A DNA stretch of 64,000 nt, from contig OY969801.1 in NCBI GenBank assembly GCA_963703225.1, positions 3,008,001 to 3,072,000 on the forward strand, written 5' to 3'. The position numbers and the translations under genes are program-made. Below, piece after piece: positions 1 through 11,259 of this stretch; the first letter of the stretch is position 1, and each line of letters starts with the position of its first letter. The notes under the pieces were generated by a model, which was not told the origin of the DNA, did no database searches, and saw nothing but the letters and a program-made list of their open reading frames with translations. The DNA comes from Candidatus Eiseniibacteriota bacterium. Its GTDB lineage: Bacteria; Eisenbacteria; RBG-16-71-46; SZUA-252.

Positions 1-999
1 CTGCCAGCCCGGGGCCCGATCCTGGTCGCCGTCTCGGGCGGCCCCGACTCGATCGCCCTCTATCACTTCCTCGCGGAATACGACGGGGGCGAAACGATCG
101 GGTCCCGCGTGATCGTGGCCCACGTGAACCACGGATTTCGCGGCGCCGAATCGGACGAGGACGCTCGGTTCGTCCGCGCCATCGCGGAGAACGGGGGACA
201 CGCGTTCGTGGAATCGCGGCTCGACCCGCTCCCCTCTCCCTCGGAGGAAAGCGCCCGGCTCGCGCGATACGTGGCGCTGGGCGAGTTGGCCGATCGCGTG
301 GGGGCCGACCGCGTATTCACCGCGCACACCGCGGACGATCAGGCCGAGACGGTGCTCTTCCGCCTCTTGCGCGGCGCGGGTCTCCGCGGCCTCGCCGGCA
401 TGCCGATTCGAGGCCGAGTCCGGGGCGTCCGGGTAGTCCGTCCGTTTCTTGATACGACGCGGGGCCAGGTCCTCGACTACGTCGCCCGCCACGAGCTTCG
501 CTACCGCGTCGACTCGTCCAACCAGAGCAGCGAGCCGATCCGCAACTTTCTCCGGCTCGAGATCCTGCCCCGAATTCGGGCGCGCATGAACGAGTCGGCG
601 CGCGAGGCGATCCTCCGGGGGGCCGCCGCCATCCGCGAAGCCGAGGACTATTTCTCGGGGGAGTCGCGCCGGCTCCTGCCCCTGCTCCTAAGGCCAGACG
701 GCGAGGGAAAGATCTCGCTTGATGCCGCGCGCCTGCTCGACTACCCTAAGCCCTTGAGAAGCTATCTGTTCCGCGACGCCGTACAGGAGCTGAACGGGGA
801 CGTCCGCAACCTGGCCGCAACGCACATCGACGCCCTCCTCTCCCTCGTCACGACCCCCAGTGGCCGTTCGGTCGATCTCCCGGGAGGCATCCGGGCCCGG
901 CGGGAGCGGGGACGCGTGCATCTGGAGCTCCGGATTTCCGAATCGACGGGGCGGAACGCACCATCCAAAACTGGAGAGCCTCGGCATCCCTGCCGATAG
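1..999 (+). CDS. tilS: tRNA(Ile)-lysidine synthetase, 5'-partial
   Basis: Frame 1 reads VAVSGGPDS (PP-loop), [19 protein letters not shown]; lies upstream of ftsH. Confidence 0.95.
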   Translation: MPARGPILVAVSGGPDSIALYHFLAEYDGGETIGSRVIVAHVNHGFRGAESDEDARFVRAIAENGGHAFVESRLDPLPSPSEESARLARYVALGELADRVGADRVFTAHTADDQAETVLFRLLRGAGLRGLAGMPIRGRVRGVRVVRPFLDTTRGQVLDYVARHELRYRVDSSNQSSEPIRNFLRLEILPRIRARMNESAREAILRGAAAIREAEDYFSGESRRLLPLLLRPDGEGKISLDAARLLDYPKPLRSYLFRDAVQELNGDVRNLAATHIDALLSLVTTPSGRSVDLPGGIRARRERGRVHLELRISESTGRNAPSKTGEPRHPCR

Positions 1000-1051
1000 G
1001 TCACAGAGGAATTTCCGGCACGTGAATCCCCACGAACATCGAGGAGACAAC

Positions 1052-3133
<2,082 letters not shown>

Positions 3134-3137
3134 GACC

Positions 3138-4010
3138 GTGATCTTTAGCCACCGCCTCGGTTCCTGGGACCTCTCCCAGCGGGCGCGCGTGGTGGGTATC
3201 CTCAACGTGACCCCCGATTCCTTCTCGGACGGGGGTCGCTTTCTTGCTCCCGACCAAGCGATCGCGCACGCGGAAGCGATGGTGGAGGCGGGCGCCGACG
3301 CCATCGACGTGGGCGGCCAGAGCACGCGCCCCGGCGCCGCCGAGCCGGTCGGACCCGACGCGGAATGGGAGCGGATCGCCCCCGTCTTGGACGCGCTCTC
3401 GAACCGCCTCCGCGTTCCCCTCTCGGTCGACACCTACTGGGGCGAGGTGGCCCGCCGGGCGCTGGACCACGGCGTCGCGATGGTCAATGACGTGAGCGGG
3501 CTGGGCGTCGATCCCACGATCGCCGATCACGCGGCCAAGGCGGGCGCCGGGCTCATCTTGATGCACTCGATCGGCGCCCCTTCCCAGCTCCACGAGAAGC
3601 GCGAGTATCGCGACGTCGCGGCCGAGGTGCGCGGCTTCTTGGAGGCGAGGCTTCAGGAGGCGGAACGGCGAGGCGTTCCCCGCGAGCGGATCGCCCTCGA
3701 CCCCGGCATCGGGTTCGGGAAGCGCGCGGAACAGAGCATCGAGGCCCTGCGGGGGCTTCCGCTCTTGACCTCGCTGGGTCGTCCCCTGTACATCGGAGTG
3801 TCGCGGAAGTCGTTCCTCCGCGAGTGGGGCGGGCCTTCCGTCGAGGGCCGCCTGGCGGCCGGGCTCGGCGCGACCGTGGCCGCCTACGGGCTCGGCGGCC
3901 GGATCTTCCGCACCCACGACGTTCGGGAAACGCGGGATGCCCTCCGGTCAGCCGAGGCGATCCTGTCCCCCGCCCACGAGACCGTACCGCGCTTGGAGAC
4001 CCGGACGTGA
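3138..4010 (+). CDS. folP: dihydropteroate synthase
   Basis: GILNVTPDSFSDGG, DPGIGFGK, SRKSF, RTHDV. Confidence 0.96.
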   Translation: MIFSHRLGSWDLSQRARVVGILNVTPDSFSDGGRFLAPDQAIAHAEAMVEAGADAIDVGGQSTRPGAAEPVGPDAEWERIAPVLDALSNRLRVPLSVDTYWGEVARRALDHGVAMVNDVSGLGVDPTIADHAAKAGAGLILMHSIGAPSQLHEKREYRDVAAEVRGFLEARLQEAERRGVPRERIALDPGIGFGKRAEQSIEALRGLPLLTSLGRPLYIGVSRKSFLREWGGPSVEGRLAAGLGATVAAYGLGGRIFRTHDVRETRDALRSAEAILSPAHETVPRLETRT

Positions 4011-4804
4011 TCCAGATCAAACCCCAGATCCTCGTCGACATCATCGACGTCCTGATCGTGGCCTTCCTCTTCTACCGCCTCTTCGCCATGATCAAGGGGA
4101 CGCGCGCGGCCCAGATGTTCGTGGGGTTGGTGTTCATCGTCATCGCGTCGATCGTCGCCCAGTGGTTCCGGCTCAACGCGCTCAACTGGATCATCGGAAG
4201 CCTCAAGACCGTCTGGGTGATCCTCTTCGTGATCCTGTTCCAGCCCGAGCTGCGCGCGCTCTTGACGCACGTGGGGCAGAACCGGCTCCTGCGCGCCCTC
4301 ATCCGGGTCGGGGACGGCGGCGTGCTCAAGGAGATCCTGGGCGCGGTGGAGGACATGAGCAAGGAGCGGCGGGGCGCGCTCATCGTCGTCGAGCGCGACA
4401 TGGGACTTCGGGACTACATCGAGACCGGGACCAAGCTCGACGCCACGGTCACCAAGGAATTGCTGGAGACGGTCTTCACCCCGCACTCACCGCTCCACGA
4501 CGGCGCCGTGGTGATCCGCGGCGACCAGATCGCGGCGGCCGGCTGCATTCTGCCGCTCAGCCAGACTCCGGGCTTGTCGCCCATCCTCGGGACGCGGCAC
4601 CGCGCCGCGCTCGGCCTGGCGGAAGAGACGGACGCATGCGTCTTCGTGGTCTCGGAGGAGACCGGCGCCATTTCCATCGCCCACAAGGGCGAGCTGAAGT
4701 GGAACCTGGACGAGGGGCAGCTCCGGAGCGAGCTGGCGGCGATCTTCAACCCGCGGCCCGAGGAGACGCAGGACGTGGAGAAGGAGGCGACGCAAGGTGC
4801 GTAG
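4007..4804 (+). CDS. cdaA: diadenylate cyclase CdaA
   Basis: Three N-terminal TM helices, PLHDGAVVI, GTRHRAALG. Confidence 0.95.
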   Translation: MIQIKPQILVDIIDVLIVAFLFYRLFAMIKGTRAAQMFVGLVFIVIASIVAQWFRLNALNWIIGSLKTVWVILFVILFQPELRALLTHVGQNRLLRALIRVGDGGVLKEILGAVEDMSKERRGALIVVERDMGLRDYIETGTKLDATVTKELLETVFTPHSPLHDGAVVIRGDQIAAAGCILPLSQTPGLSPILGTRHRAALGLAEETDACVFVVSEETGAISIAHKGELKWNLDEGQLRSELAAIFNPRPEETQDVEKEATQGA

Positions 4805-4807
4805 CTC

Positions 4808-5116
4808 TCATCCGTCCTGTACCTCCCAATGCACCACTGTGGGCTCCAGCTCGAGCAGGTAGCGCGAATCGAAGTCGTAGTACTTCGCCGCCTCGATCGA
4901 ATCGCCGGCGAACGCGCGGATGGCAGCCAGCGAGCTCCACAGGCTCAACGTCATCACGTGGGTGACATCACCGTCGCGACGGCTCACGACCCAGGCGTCG
5001 AGGTTGCCTGGGACGGCGCGATAGTCAGCGAGGGCGATCGGAGTCATTCGCGCCAGGTACTCGTTGGCCAGGTGCGTCGGGGTGATTCCGTGCCATGAAC
5101 GCATGATTCGAGACAT
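4808..5116 (-). CDS. antibiotic biosynthesis monooxygenase-like protein
   Basis: RSWHG...PGNL...LSLWSSLAAIRAFAG...HWEV pattern. Confidence 0.75.
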   Translation of the reverse strand: MSRIMRSWHGITPTHLANEYLARMTPIALADYRAVPGNLDAWVVSRRDGDVTHVMTLSLWSSLAAIRAFAGDSIEAAKYYDFDSRYLLELEPTVVHWEVQDG

Positions 5117-5148
5117 GGGTCAGAGTCCTCGCGAAGAGTGAGCTTCGC

Positions 5149-6453
5149 CTATGTCCGAGGGACGCTCTCGGGCTTGATTTCGGAGAGGTCACGCAGTCTT
5201 GGGATGGGTGACTGGATGACGAACCAAAGGGCGCCCAGCGTGCCGACCGCGCCAACCACCATGGTGGCGCGTAGCCCAATCAGCTCTCCAAGCACACCGC
5301 CGATGATCGCGCCGATCGCGGCGGTGCCGGTTACCGCGAAACGGTACCCGGCATTCGTCCGCCCGAGCACATCGGAGCTGACCGATGCCTGGCGCACGCT
5401 GATCGCCTGTATGTTGTAGACCACCAACCCGATTCCATTGATTAGCAACGACAGGGAAATAATCGCGGCCGTGAGCACAACCCCGCCCGAGGCGAGCGGG
5501 ATCAGCAGGGGTGCGGTGTTGGCGATCACGATCGAGCCGATCAGTGTGGGACCCAACCCCCACCGCCGGCTGAACCGGGCCGCAATCACGCTCCCCATCA
5601 CAGCTCCGACCCCGGACATGGTGAGCACGATGCCGACCGCCGCAGGCGGGAAATGCAGGCCGCGCACCAGGTGCAGCACCAGGACCGCCCACAGGACCTG
5701 GTTGAATAGGTTGTAAACGGCGGCTTCGGCGCCCAGCGCGCACAGATAGGTGTTGCGCAGAAGAAGATTCAGCCCCTGGCCAATCTGCGCCAAGAATGCT
5801 TGGCGCGGCGCGGAGACGGGTCGCGGTGGGGACTCGACCCGCCGAATGAATAGGTTCGTGACCGCGGAGATCAGATAGGTCACGGCGTTGATCACGATGG
5901 CGACCGGCGCTGTCACCGAGCTGACCAGGATGCCAGCCACTCCCGGCCCGCTCATCTGCGCGAATGAACGGCTGCCCTCCAGCCTGCCGTTAGCCTCGAT
6001 GAGCCGCTCCCGGCTTACCAGCGATGGCACGAATGACTGGTACGCCAGGTCGAAGATCACGGTGAGCGCTCCCGCAAGGAATACCAGGGCGCAGAGCAAC
6101 CCGATGTCCATCATCTTGGACGCTGTGGCGAGCGGGATCAGCCCGACCAGCACCGCCCGCCCGAGGTTGGCACCGATGAGCAGCGGAAGCCGCCGGGTCC
6201 TGTCCACCCACACCCCGGCGACCAGGGTGAAGAGCAGGAACGGTGCGAATTCGGCCGCGTTGAGTAGACCCATCTGGAACGGAGTCGCGTTGAGCCACGT
6301 CACCGCGAGCAGCGGGATCGCCACCAGCGACACCTGGGCTCCAAGCATCGACAGCGACTCCCCCGACCAGAACTTCAGGAAATCCGAATCGCGCCACAAC
6401 GAGGCCTTGGGCTGTCCAACCGTCGCACCCTCCATAGCGGTATCACTCCTCAT
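5149..6453 (-). CDS. MFS transporter
   Basis: About 12 hydrophobic segments, GVWVDRTRR motif A; start at MRSDTAMEG. Confidence 0.9.
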   Translation of the reverse strand: MRSDTAMEGATVGQPKASLWRDSDFLKFWSGESLSMLGAQVSLVAIPLLAVTWLNATPFQMGLLNAAEFAPFLLFTLVAGVWVDRTRRLPLLIGANLGRAVLVGLIPLATASKMMDIGLLCALVFLAGALTVIFDLAYQSFVPSLVSRERLIEANGRLEGSRSFAQMSGPGVAGILVSSVTAPVAIVINAVTYLISAVTNLFIRRVESPPRPVSAPRQAFLAQIGQGLNLLLRNTYLCALGAEAAVYNLFNQVLWAVLVLHLVRGLHFPPAAVGIVLTMSGVGAVMGSVIAARFSRRWGLGPTLIGSIVIANTAPLLIPLASGGVVLTAAIISLSLLINGIGLVVYNIQAISVRQASVSSDVLGRTNAGYRFAVTGTAAIGAIIGGVLGELIGLRATMVVGAVGTLGALWFVIQSPIPRLRDLSEIKPESVPRT

Positions 6454-6455
6454 GT

Positions 6456-7031
6456 TCACGGACGTGGCTCGGGCCAGGGCCGTTCCGCAATGCGTTCCGT
6501 CCCACGCGGGGGTGCGGCCGCCGGCCCTGGCAGCTTGTACTGGACCACGTAGGAGTGTTTTCCGTGGTCGGTCGAGATCGTCATGATTCCGCTGAGGTCC
6601 TTCAGCTGATCGGTCCCCGAATTGGGAACGACGATGAGCCTCGGCCTGTAGTTGCCCCCAGGACTCATCACGCCCTGGTGGAGCAGCACGAATGTGCCCG
6701 CCCGGCCCTCCAGCGTCCCGCTGACCCTCTCGATCGCTACATATCCTCGAGACCCCTTGACGCTTGTGTCCACGGTCCACATCTCGCCCCTGCTGGCTCC
6801 GACGAGGTCGCCCCGGTACGTCTTGTCGATCGCCAGCCGACCTGAAGCGACGGTCTCCGTTCCACCGACAGCCACTGGGGCAACGCTGTCGTCGAAGGTC
6901 CCCGTCGCCCGACCTACGAGGGTGGAGCCCGATTCTTCGTTGGTTCGGCGCGACACCGCGCACGCCGAGAATGCCGCCGTAACACCCAAGCACAGCGCGG
7001 CAAGGCCGATCGTCTTCGTTAGCTTGTTCAT
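6456..7031 (-). CDS. DUF3224 family protein with signal peptide
   Basis: GYVAIERVSGTLEGRAGTFVLLHQG, VVPNSGTDQL. Confidence 0.8.
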   Translation of the reverse strand: MNKLTKTIGLAALCLGVTAAFSACAVSRRTNEESGSTLVGRATGTFDDSVAPVAVGGTETVASGRLAIDKTYRGDLVGASRGEMWTVDTSVKGSRGYVAIERVSGTLEGRAGTFVLLHQGVMSPGGNYRPRLIVVPNSGTDQLKDLSGIMTISTDHGKHSYVVQYKLPGPAAAPPRGTERIAERPWPEPRP

Positions 7032-7095
7032 GGCTGCTCGAACCCCTTCCTGTCTCCGGCCATCATGGTCACGTTGCGCCGCGGCCATCAGGCGC

Positions 7096-7755
7096 TCATT
7101 GCTGGAGCCTCCAGCGGCGCACCTTGGCCAGGTTGCCGCAGTCGGCCATGTCACACCATCGGCGGCTCCGATTGCGGCTGGTATCAAGGAAAAGCCACCC
7201 GCATTCTTCGCCTCCGCACTGCTTGACCATTGCGAGATCCTCGGACATCAGCAGTTCCGCCGCGGACTTCACAACCGGTCCCAAGAAGCGGTCGCCGGGC
7301 GACGCCGAGGGGTCCGGGGCGAGGTCAAAGGGGCGGTGGCGGGTAGCGCGGGCGGCTGAGGCGACAAGGCGCTCGTGGGAGCGCGAGCGTCGCAACTCCC
7401 GGTTGATCCGCGCCAGGTCAGCCCGCTCCGGTGGCCACCCTTCCACCACCGCCTTGAAGAGGCGGTACAGCGCTTCGCGCAGGCGGCGGACGCGGCGGAG
7501 CAGCCGCGCCTCCCCCGTAGGCCCTGCGCGCAGGGCGCGTTCCAGGGTCGGCGCGTCCCGTTCGGATGCGACTCCCGCCACGCGTGCCCAGCGCACCAGG
7601 TCGGCGACGGTCTGCAGACGCTCCCACACGATCCGGTCGGCCCAGTCGCGCCCCCGTGCCCGCGGATTCGGGACCCGCCCCCCCACGGTGTTCACGAAAT
7701 CGAGGCAGGGCCGGCCCCCGACCAGCTTGAACGCTCCTCCAATCGCTTGGCTCAC
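7096..7755 (-). CDS. ABATE/CGNR zinc-finger domain protein (putative regulator)
   Basis: CLDFVNT; C-x4-CGWLFLDTSRNRSRRWCDMADCGN. Confidence 0.92.
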   Translation of the reverse strand: MSQAIGGAFKLVGGRPCLDFVNTVGGRVPNPRARGRDWADRIVWERLQTVADLVRWARVAGVASERDAPTLERALRAGPTGEARLLRRVRRLREALYRLFKAVVEGWPPERADLARINRELRRSRSHERLVASAARATRHRPFDLAPDPSASPGDRFLGPVVKSAAELLMSEDLAMVKQCGGEECGWLFLDTSRNRSRRWCDMADCGNLAKVRRWRLQQ

Positions 7756-7777
7756 CGCAAGATCCCCCCTCTCTGAG

Positions 7778-7852
7778 GTAACTACTATGATGCTATTGAC
7801 AGGTTACCGATTCCAAATGAATGTAACCTGCATCTAGAGATTAGATGGTTAC
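7778..7852. promoter_or_regulatory. two tandem GTAAC-N20-GTTAC inverted repeats in a divergent promoter region
   Basis: GTAAC 7778-7782/GTTAC 7803-7807 and GTAAC 7823-7827/GTTAC 7848-7852; TTGACA at 7796-7801. Confidence 0.65.
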
Positions 7853-10271
7853 TACTCCGGGGTCAATTTGGATTCTCCTGGGCACTTCCGTCCGCGCGGG
7901 CGTCCTGGTCCTCGTCGCGACCCCCCTCGGCGCTCAGCCCTACGGCAGCCCGACGCCCTCGGCGGGCCACGTTCGCGCGCCGGTGTCGGTGCGCCGCCTC
8001 GACTCGGCGCCGGTCATCGATGGGGCTCTCGACGAGCCGGTGTGGCGCTCCGCCGCGCGCCTCGAGGGGTTCGTCCAGACGAAGCCGGGCGACAACACCG
8101 CGCCCTCGCGAGAGACGGTCGTGCTGATCGGATTGGACGCGCGGACGCTCTATTTCGCGATCCGGGCGTATGACGACTCGGCAGCGGTCCGCGCCAACAT
8201 GACCCCGCGCGACAACATCGGTGACGACGACGTTGTCGAGATCTTCCTCGACACCTTCGGCGACCGGCGCCACGCCTACGCCCTGGCTTTCAACCCCCTC
8301 GGCATCCAGGCGGACGGAGTTCTTACTGAGGGCGCCACAACGGCGGACTACAGCGTGGACATCGTGATGCAGTCGCGAGGGCGCCTGGACCGGGAGGGTT
8401 GGGCGGTAGAAGTCGCCATCCCCCTGTCCTCGCTACGCTACGCGACGAACCCTGGGCAGCTGTGGAACGTGCAGGTGCAGCGGCGTATCCGCCATCTCGA
8501 CGACGAGCAGGACTCGTGGATGCCGATGCGACGCGGGCTGGCGGGTTTCCTGACCCAAGCTGGTAGTCTCTCCGGGTTCGGGGACCTGCCGGGCGGGCGC
8601 ATCATCGAGGTCATACCGAGCGTCGCCGTGCTGGGCGAAGGTGCGCGCGTCCCAAGCCCCGATCCCGGAGCGTCGCCCTCCAGCTTCCGCGACTCGGCGC
8701 CGCGCACCGACCTCGGTCTCTCCGCCAAATTGGGCGTCAGCTCCGAGGTGAATGCCGATCTCGCCCTCAACCCCGACTTCGCGCAGGTGGAAGCCGATGC
8801 GCCGGTGGTGACCGCCAACCAGCGATTCCCTCTCTTTTTCGAAGAGAAACGCCCCTTCTTCCTAGAAGGTGTGGATCTGTTCCGCACTCCGCTCCAGGTG
8901 GTCCACACACGCGCGATCGTGGACCCGGTGGCGGCGGTCAAACTCACGGGGAAGACCGGCAGCACCGCGTTCGGAGTGCTCCTGGCCAGCGACGAGGCGC
9001 CCGGTCTCTACACCGAGGCCGAGCGCTCCGACACGCTGCTCCAGGCCGAGGTCTCTCGCCTCGGCGGCCGCAATAGCACCGTCGGCATCCTGCGCCTGAG
9101 GCGGGAGGTGGGCGCGGCCTCCACCATCGGGCTGCTCGCCACCGGCTACCGCTTCGTGGACCGAGACAACGTCACGTTGGGAACGGACACCCGCCTCGCG
9201 ATAGGGACGCGTCTGGTCGCGACGGCGGAGCTCATCGGTACCTGGGCCCGGCGCGCGTTCTACGATCCAGATAACGACCGCGAGGAGCTGCGAACGGGTC
9301 GCGGTCTCGGGTACCGTACAGTCGTTCAGCGCCCCGGCCGGCATCTCAACCTGACCCTCTCCGGCGAAGGACGCAGCCCGGATTATGTGGCGGAATCCGG
9401 TTTCACCACGCAGACCAACATCAACGACTGGGGCTTCGAGGCACGGTGGGACGCGGAGCCGCGACCGGGAGCACCACTCCTCTCATGGAGTGCCGCGCAC
9501 ACCACCTGGGTCGAGTTCGACTGGCAGGGGCGTATGAAGTACGCGTACTTGTGGCCACGAGCGACCTTCAACCTCCGGAGCCAGACCTCCGTGACGATCG
9601 GCCCCTATTCGGACTACCTGCGGCTATTCGAGGATGAGTTCGGCCCGCGGCGAAACGCGCGGCAGGCGGGAGCGTTTGCCGGGCCGGTCGAGCGCTCGAC
9701 CGTCTATCGCGGCTACACGATCAGCGGGAGTTCCACGCCCCTTCCACAGTGGACGGTAGCGGCGATGTTCGACCAGGCGTGGCAGGTATTCGACTACGAC
9801 TTCGGCGGCGGCCCGCGGTTTCCCCGCGTGAGCCCCGAGGGTCTGGCGAATCCTGCGGCGCCCTTGAATCCCGGACCGGGCCGGACCCATGACGCCAAGC
9901 TTTCCGTGACATGGCGGCCCTCGGCCGCGCTGCGCTTTGGCACCGACTACACCTGGAGCCGCCTGGTGCGGAACGACACGCACCTCCTCGCGTACGAGGA
10001 GAACCTCTGGTCGAGCCAGGTGGTATACCAGTTCAGCCGCTTCGCCTTCGCGCGCATCCGAACCGACTACCAGTCCTCGCGCTACAACCTTCGTCCCCAG
10101 CTGCTCCTGGCATGGGCGCCGAATCCGGGAACAGCCTTCTACATGGGGTACAACGAGGATCTCGCCGTCGGCGGCTACAAACCTTCCAACGGAAGGCGCC
10201 AGTCCGGCGTGAGTCGAAACAGTCGGACCATGTTCGTAAAGTTTTCCTATCTCATGCGCCGGCTGCTATAG
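7845..10271 (+). CDS. CBM9-like / DUF5916 family outer-membrane protein
   Basis: PVIDGALDEPVW, LNPDFAQVEAD, FPLFFEEKRPFFLEG; C-terminal FVKFSY strand. Confidence 0.85.
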   Translation: MVTTPGSIWILLGTSVRAGVLVLVATPLGAQPYGSPTPSAGHVRAPVSVRRLDSAPVIDGALDEPVWRSAARLEGFVQTKPGDNTAPSRETVVLIGLDARTLYFAIRAYDDSAAVRANMTPRDNIGDDDVVEIFLDTFGDRRHAYALAFNPLGIQADGVLTEGATTADYSVDIVMQSRGRLDREGWAVEVAIPLSSLRYATNPGQLWNVQVQRRIRHLDDEQDSWMPMRRGLAGFLTQAGSLSGFGDLPGGRIIEVIPSVAVLGEGARVPSPDPGASPSSFRDSAPRTDLGLSAKLGVSSEVNADLALNPDFAQVEADAPVVTANQRFPLFFEEKRPFFLEGVDLFRTPLQVVHTRAIVDPVAAVKLTGKTGSTAFGVLLASDEAPGLYTEAERSDTLLQAEVSRLGGRNSTVGILRLRREVGAASTIGLLATGYRFVDRDNVTLGTDTRLAIGTRLVATAELIGTWARRAFYDPDNDREELRTGRGLGYRTVVQRPGRHLNLTLSGEGRSPDYVAESGFTTQTNINDWGFEARWDAEPRPGAPLLSWSAAHTTWVEFDWQGRMKYAYLWPRATFNLRSQTSVTIGPYSDYLRLFEDEFGPRRNARQAGAFAGPVERSTVYRGYTISGSSTPLPQWTVAAMFDQAWQVFDYDFGGGPRFPRVSPEGLANPAAPLNPGPGRTHDAKLSVTWRPSAALRFGTDYTWSRLVRNDTHLLAYEENLWSSQVVYQFSRFAFARIRTDYQSSRYNLRPQLLLAWAPNPGTAFYMGYNEDLAVGGYKPSNGRRQSGVSRNSRTMFVKFSYLMRRLL

Positions 10272-10289
10272 GAACAGGCCTGAGCTCGG

Positions 10290-11231
10290 TCATGAGGTTG
10301 AGCGCAAGGGCCCGCGGCGCCCCTTTTGATACCCCGAGAGGTAGGCGAGGTCGTAGGCGACCTTGAGCGCGGGGACGAGGAAGATGGCCTCCAGAGCGGG
10401 GATTCGGCCGAGCCCGCGGCGCGCCTGGGACGCGATGAAGAGCGCGACCGCCGCCCAGAGCGCCCACCACGCGGGTCGAAACCAGAATCCGGCGATCAAG
10501 AGCGCCAACCCGGCGGCATACTTGGCCGCGATCGTTCCATAGAACCACGCCTGCACGCGCGACTCACCGTCCCCGATCCCAAACCGCCGATGCTGGTGCA
10601 TGAACGCCCCGAGATTTCCGCGGGGGCGCCAGCGCACGATCGCCTCGGGAGCGAAGGCGAATTTCGAGCCCGCGCGCTTCAACGCCAGCGCGAACGGGGT
10701 GTCCTCGTTGTGGGAGAGCGACTCGTCGAATCCGCCCACCCGGTCGAACGCCTTGCTTCGGAAGGCGACGGAACGGGTCGATGGCAGGAACCGCGCGTGG
10801 TCGATCTCGCCCAGGCTGGGAGCCGAGACGACGCCCGCCGCGCGCTCGAACGGAGTCGTGCCGTACGCTCGATAGAATCCGGCCACGACCTCCACGGCCG
10901 GATCCTCCTCAAAGGGGCGGACCATCCGGTCGAGCCACTCAGGCTCCACCTCGACGCCGGCGTCGGTGCAGGCGATGACCCCGTGCCTCGCCGCGCGGAC
11001 GGCCGCGTTCCTGCCGACGCTGCGGTTCCCGGGAGCGAGGAGCGCGTGGATTCGGGGGTCGGCGGCGGCGCGGGCGCTCAGCCGCTCGTAGGTGCCATCG
11101 GTCGAGCCGCCGTCCGCGATGACGATCTCGTCGGGAACCCGCGCGCCCCGGAGGAGCGAGTCGAGAAGCGCGTCGACCGCGGAGGCTTCGTTTCGGACCG
11201 TCGCGACGACGGTGACGGGCTCACGGCCCAC
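10290..11231 (-). CDS. glycosyltransferase family 2
   Basis: RNEA, IADGGSTDGT, CTDAG, GGFDE, NED; C-terminal TM segments. Confidence 0.9.
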   Translation of the reverse strand: MGREPVTVVATVRNEASAVDALLDSLLRGARVPDEIVIADGGSTDGTYERLSARAAADPRIHALLAPGNRSVGRNAAVRAARHGVIACTDAGVEVEPEWLDRMVRPFEEDPAVEVVAGFYRAYGTTPFERAAGVVSAPSLGEIDHARFLPSTRSVAFRSKAFDRVGGFDESLSHNEDTPFALALKRAGSKFAFAPEAIVRWRPRGNLGAFMHQHRRFGIGDGESRVQAWFYGTIAAKYAAGLALLIAGFWFRPAWWALWAAVALFIASQARRGLGRIPALEAIFLVPALKVAYDLAYLSGYQKGRRGPLRSTS

Positions 11232-11259
11232 GGATCGGGTGAGCCCGCGCCGGCGGCGG

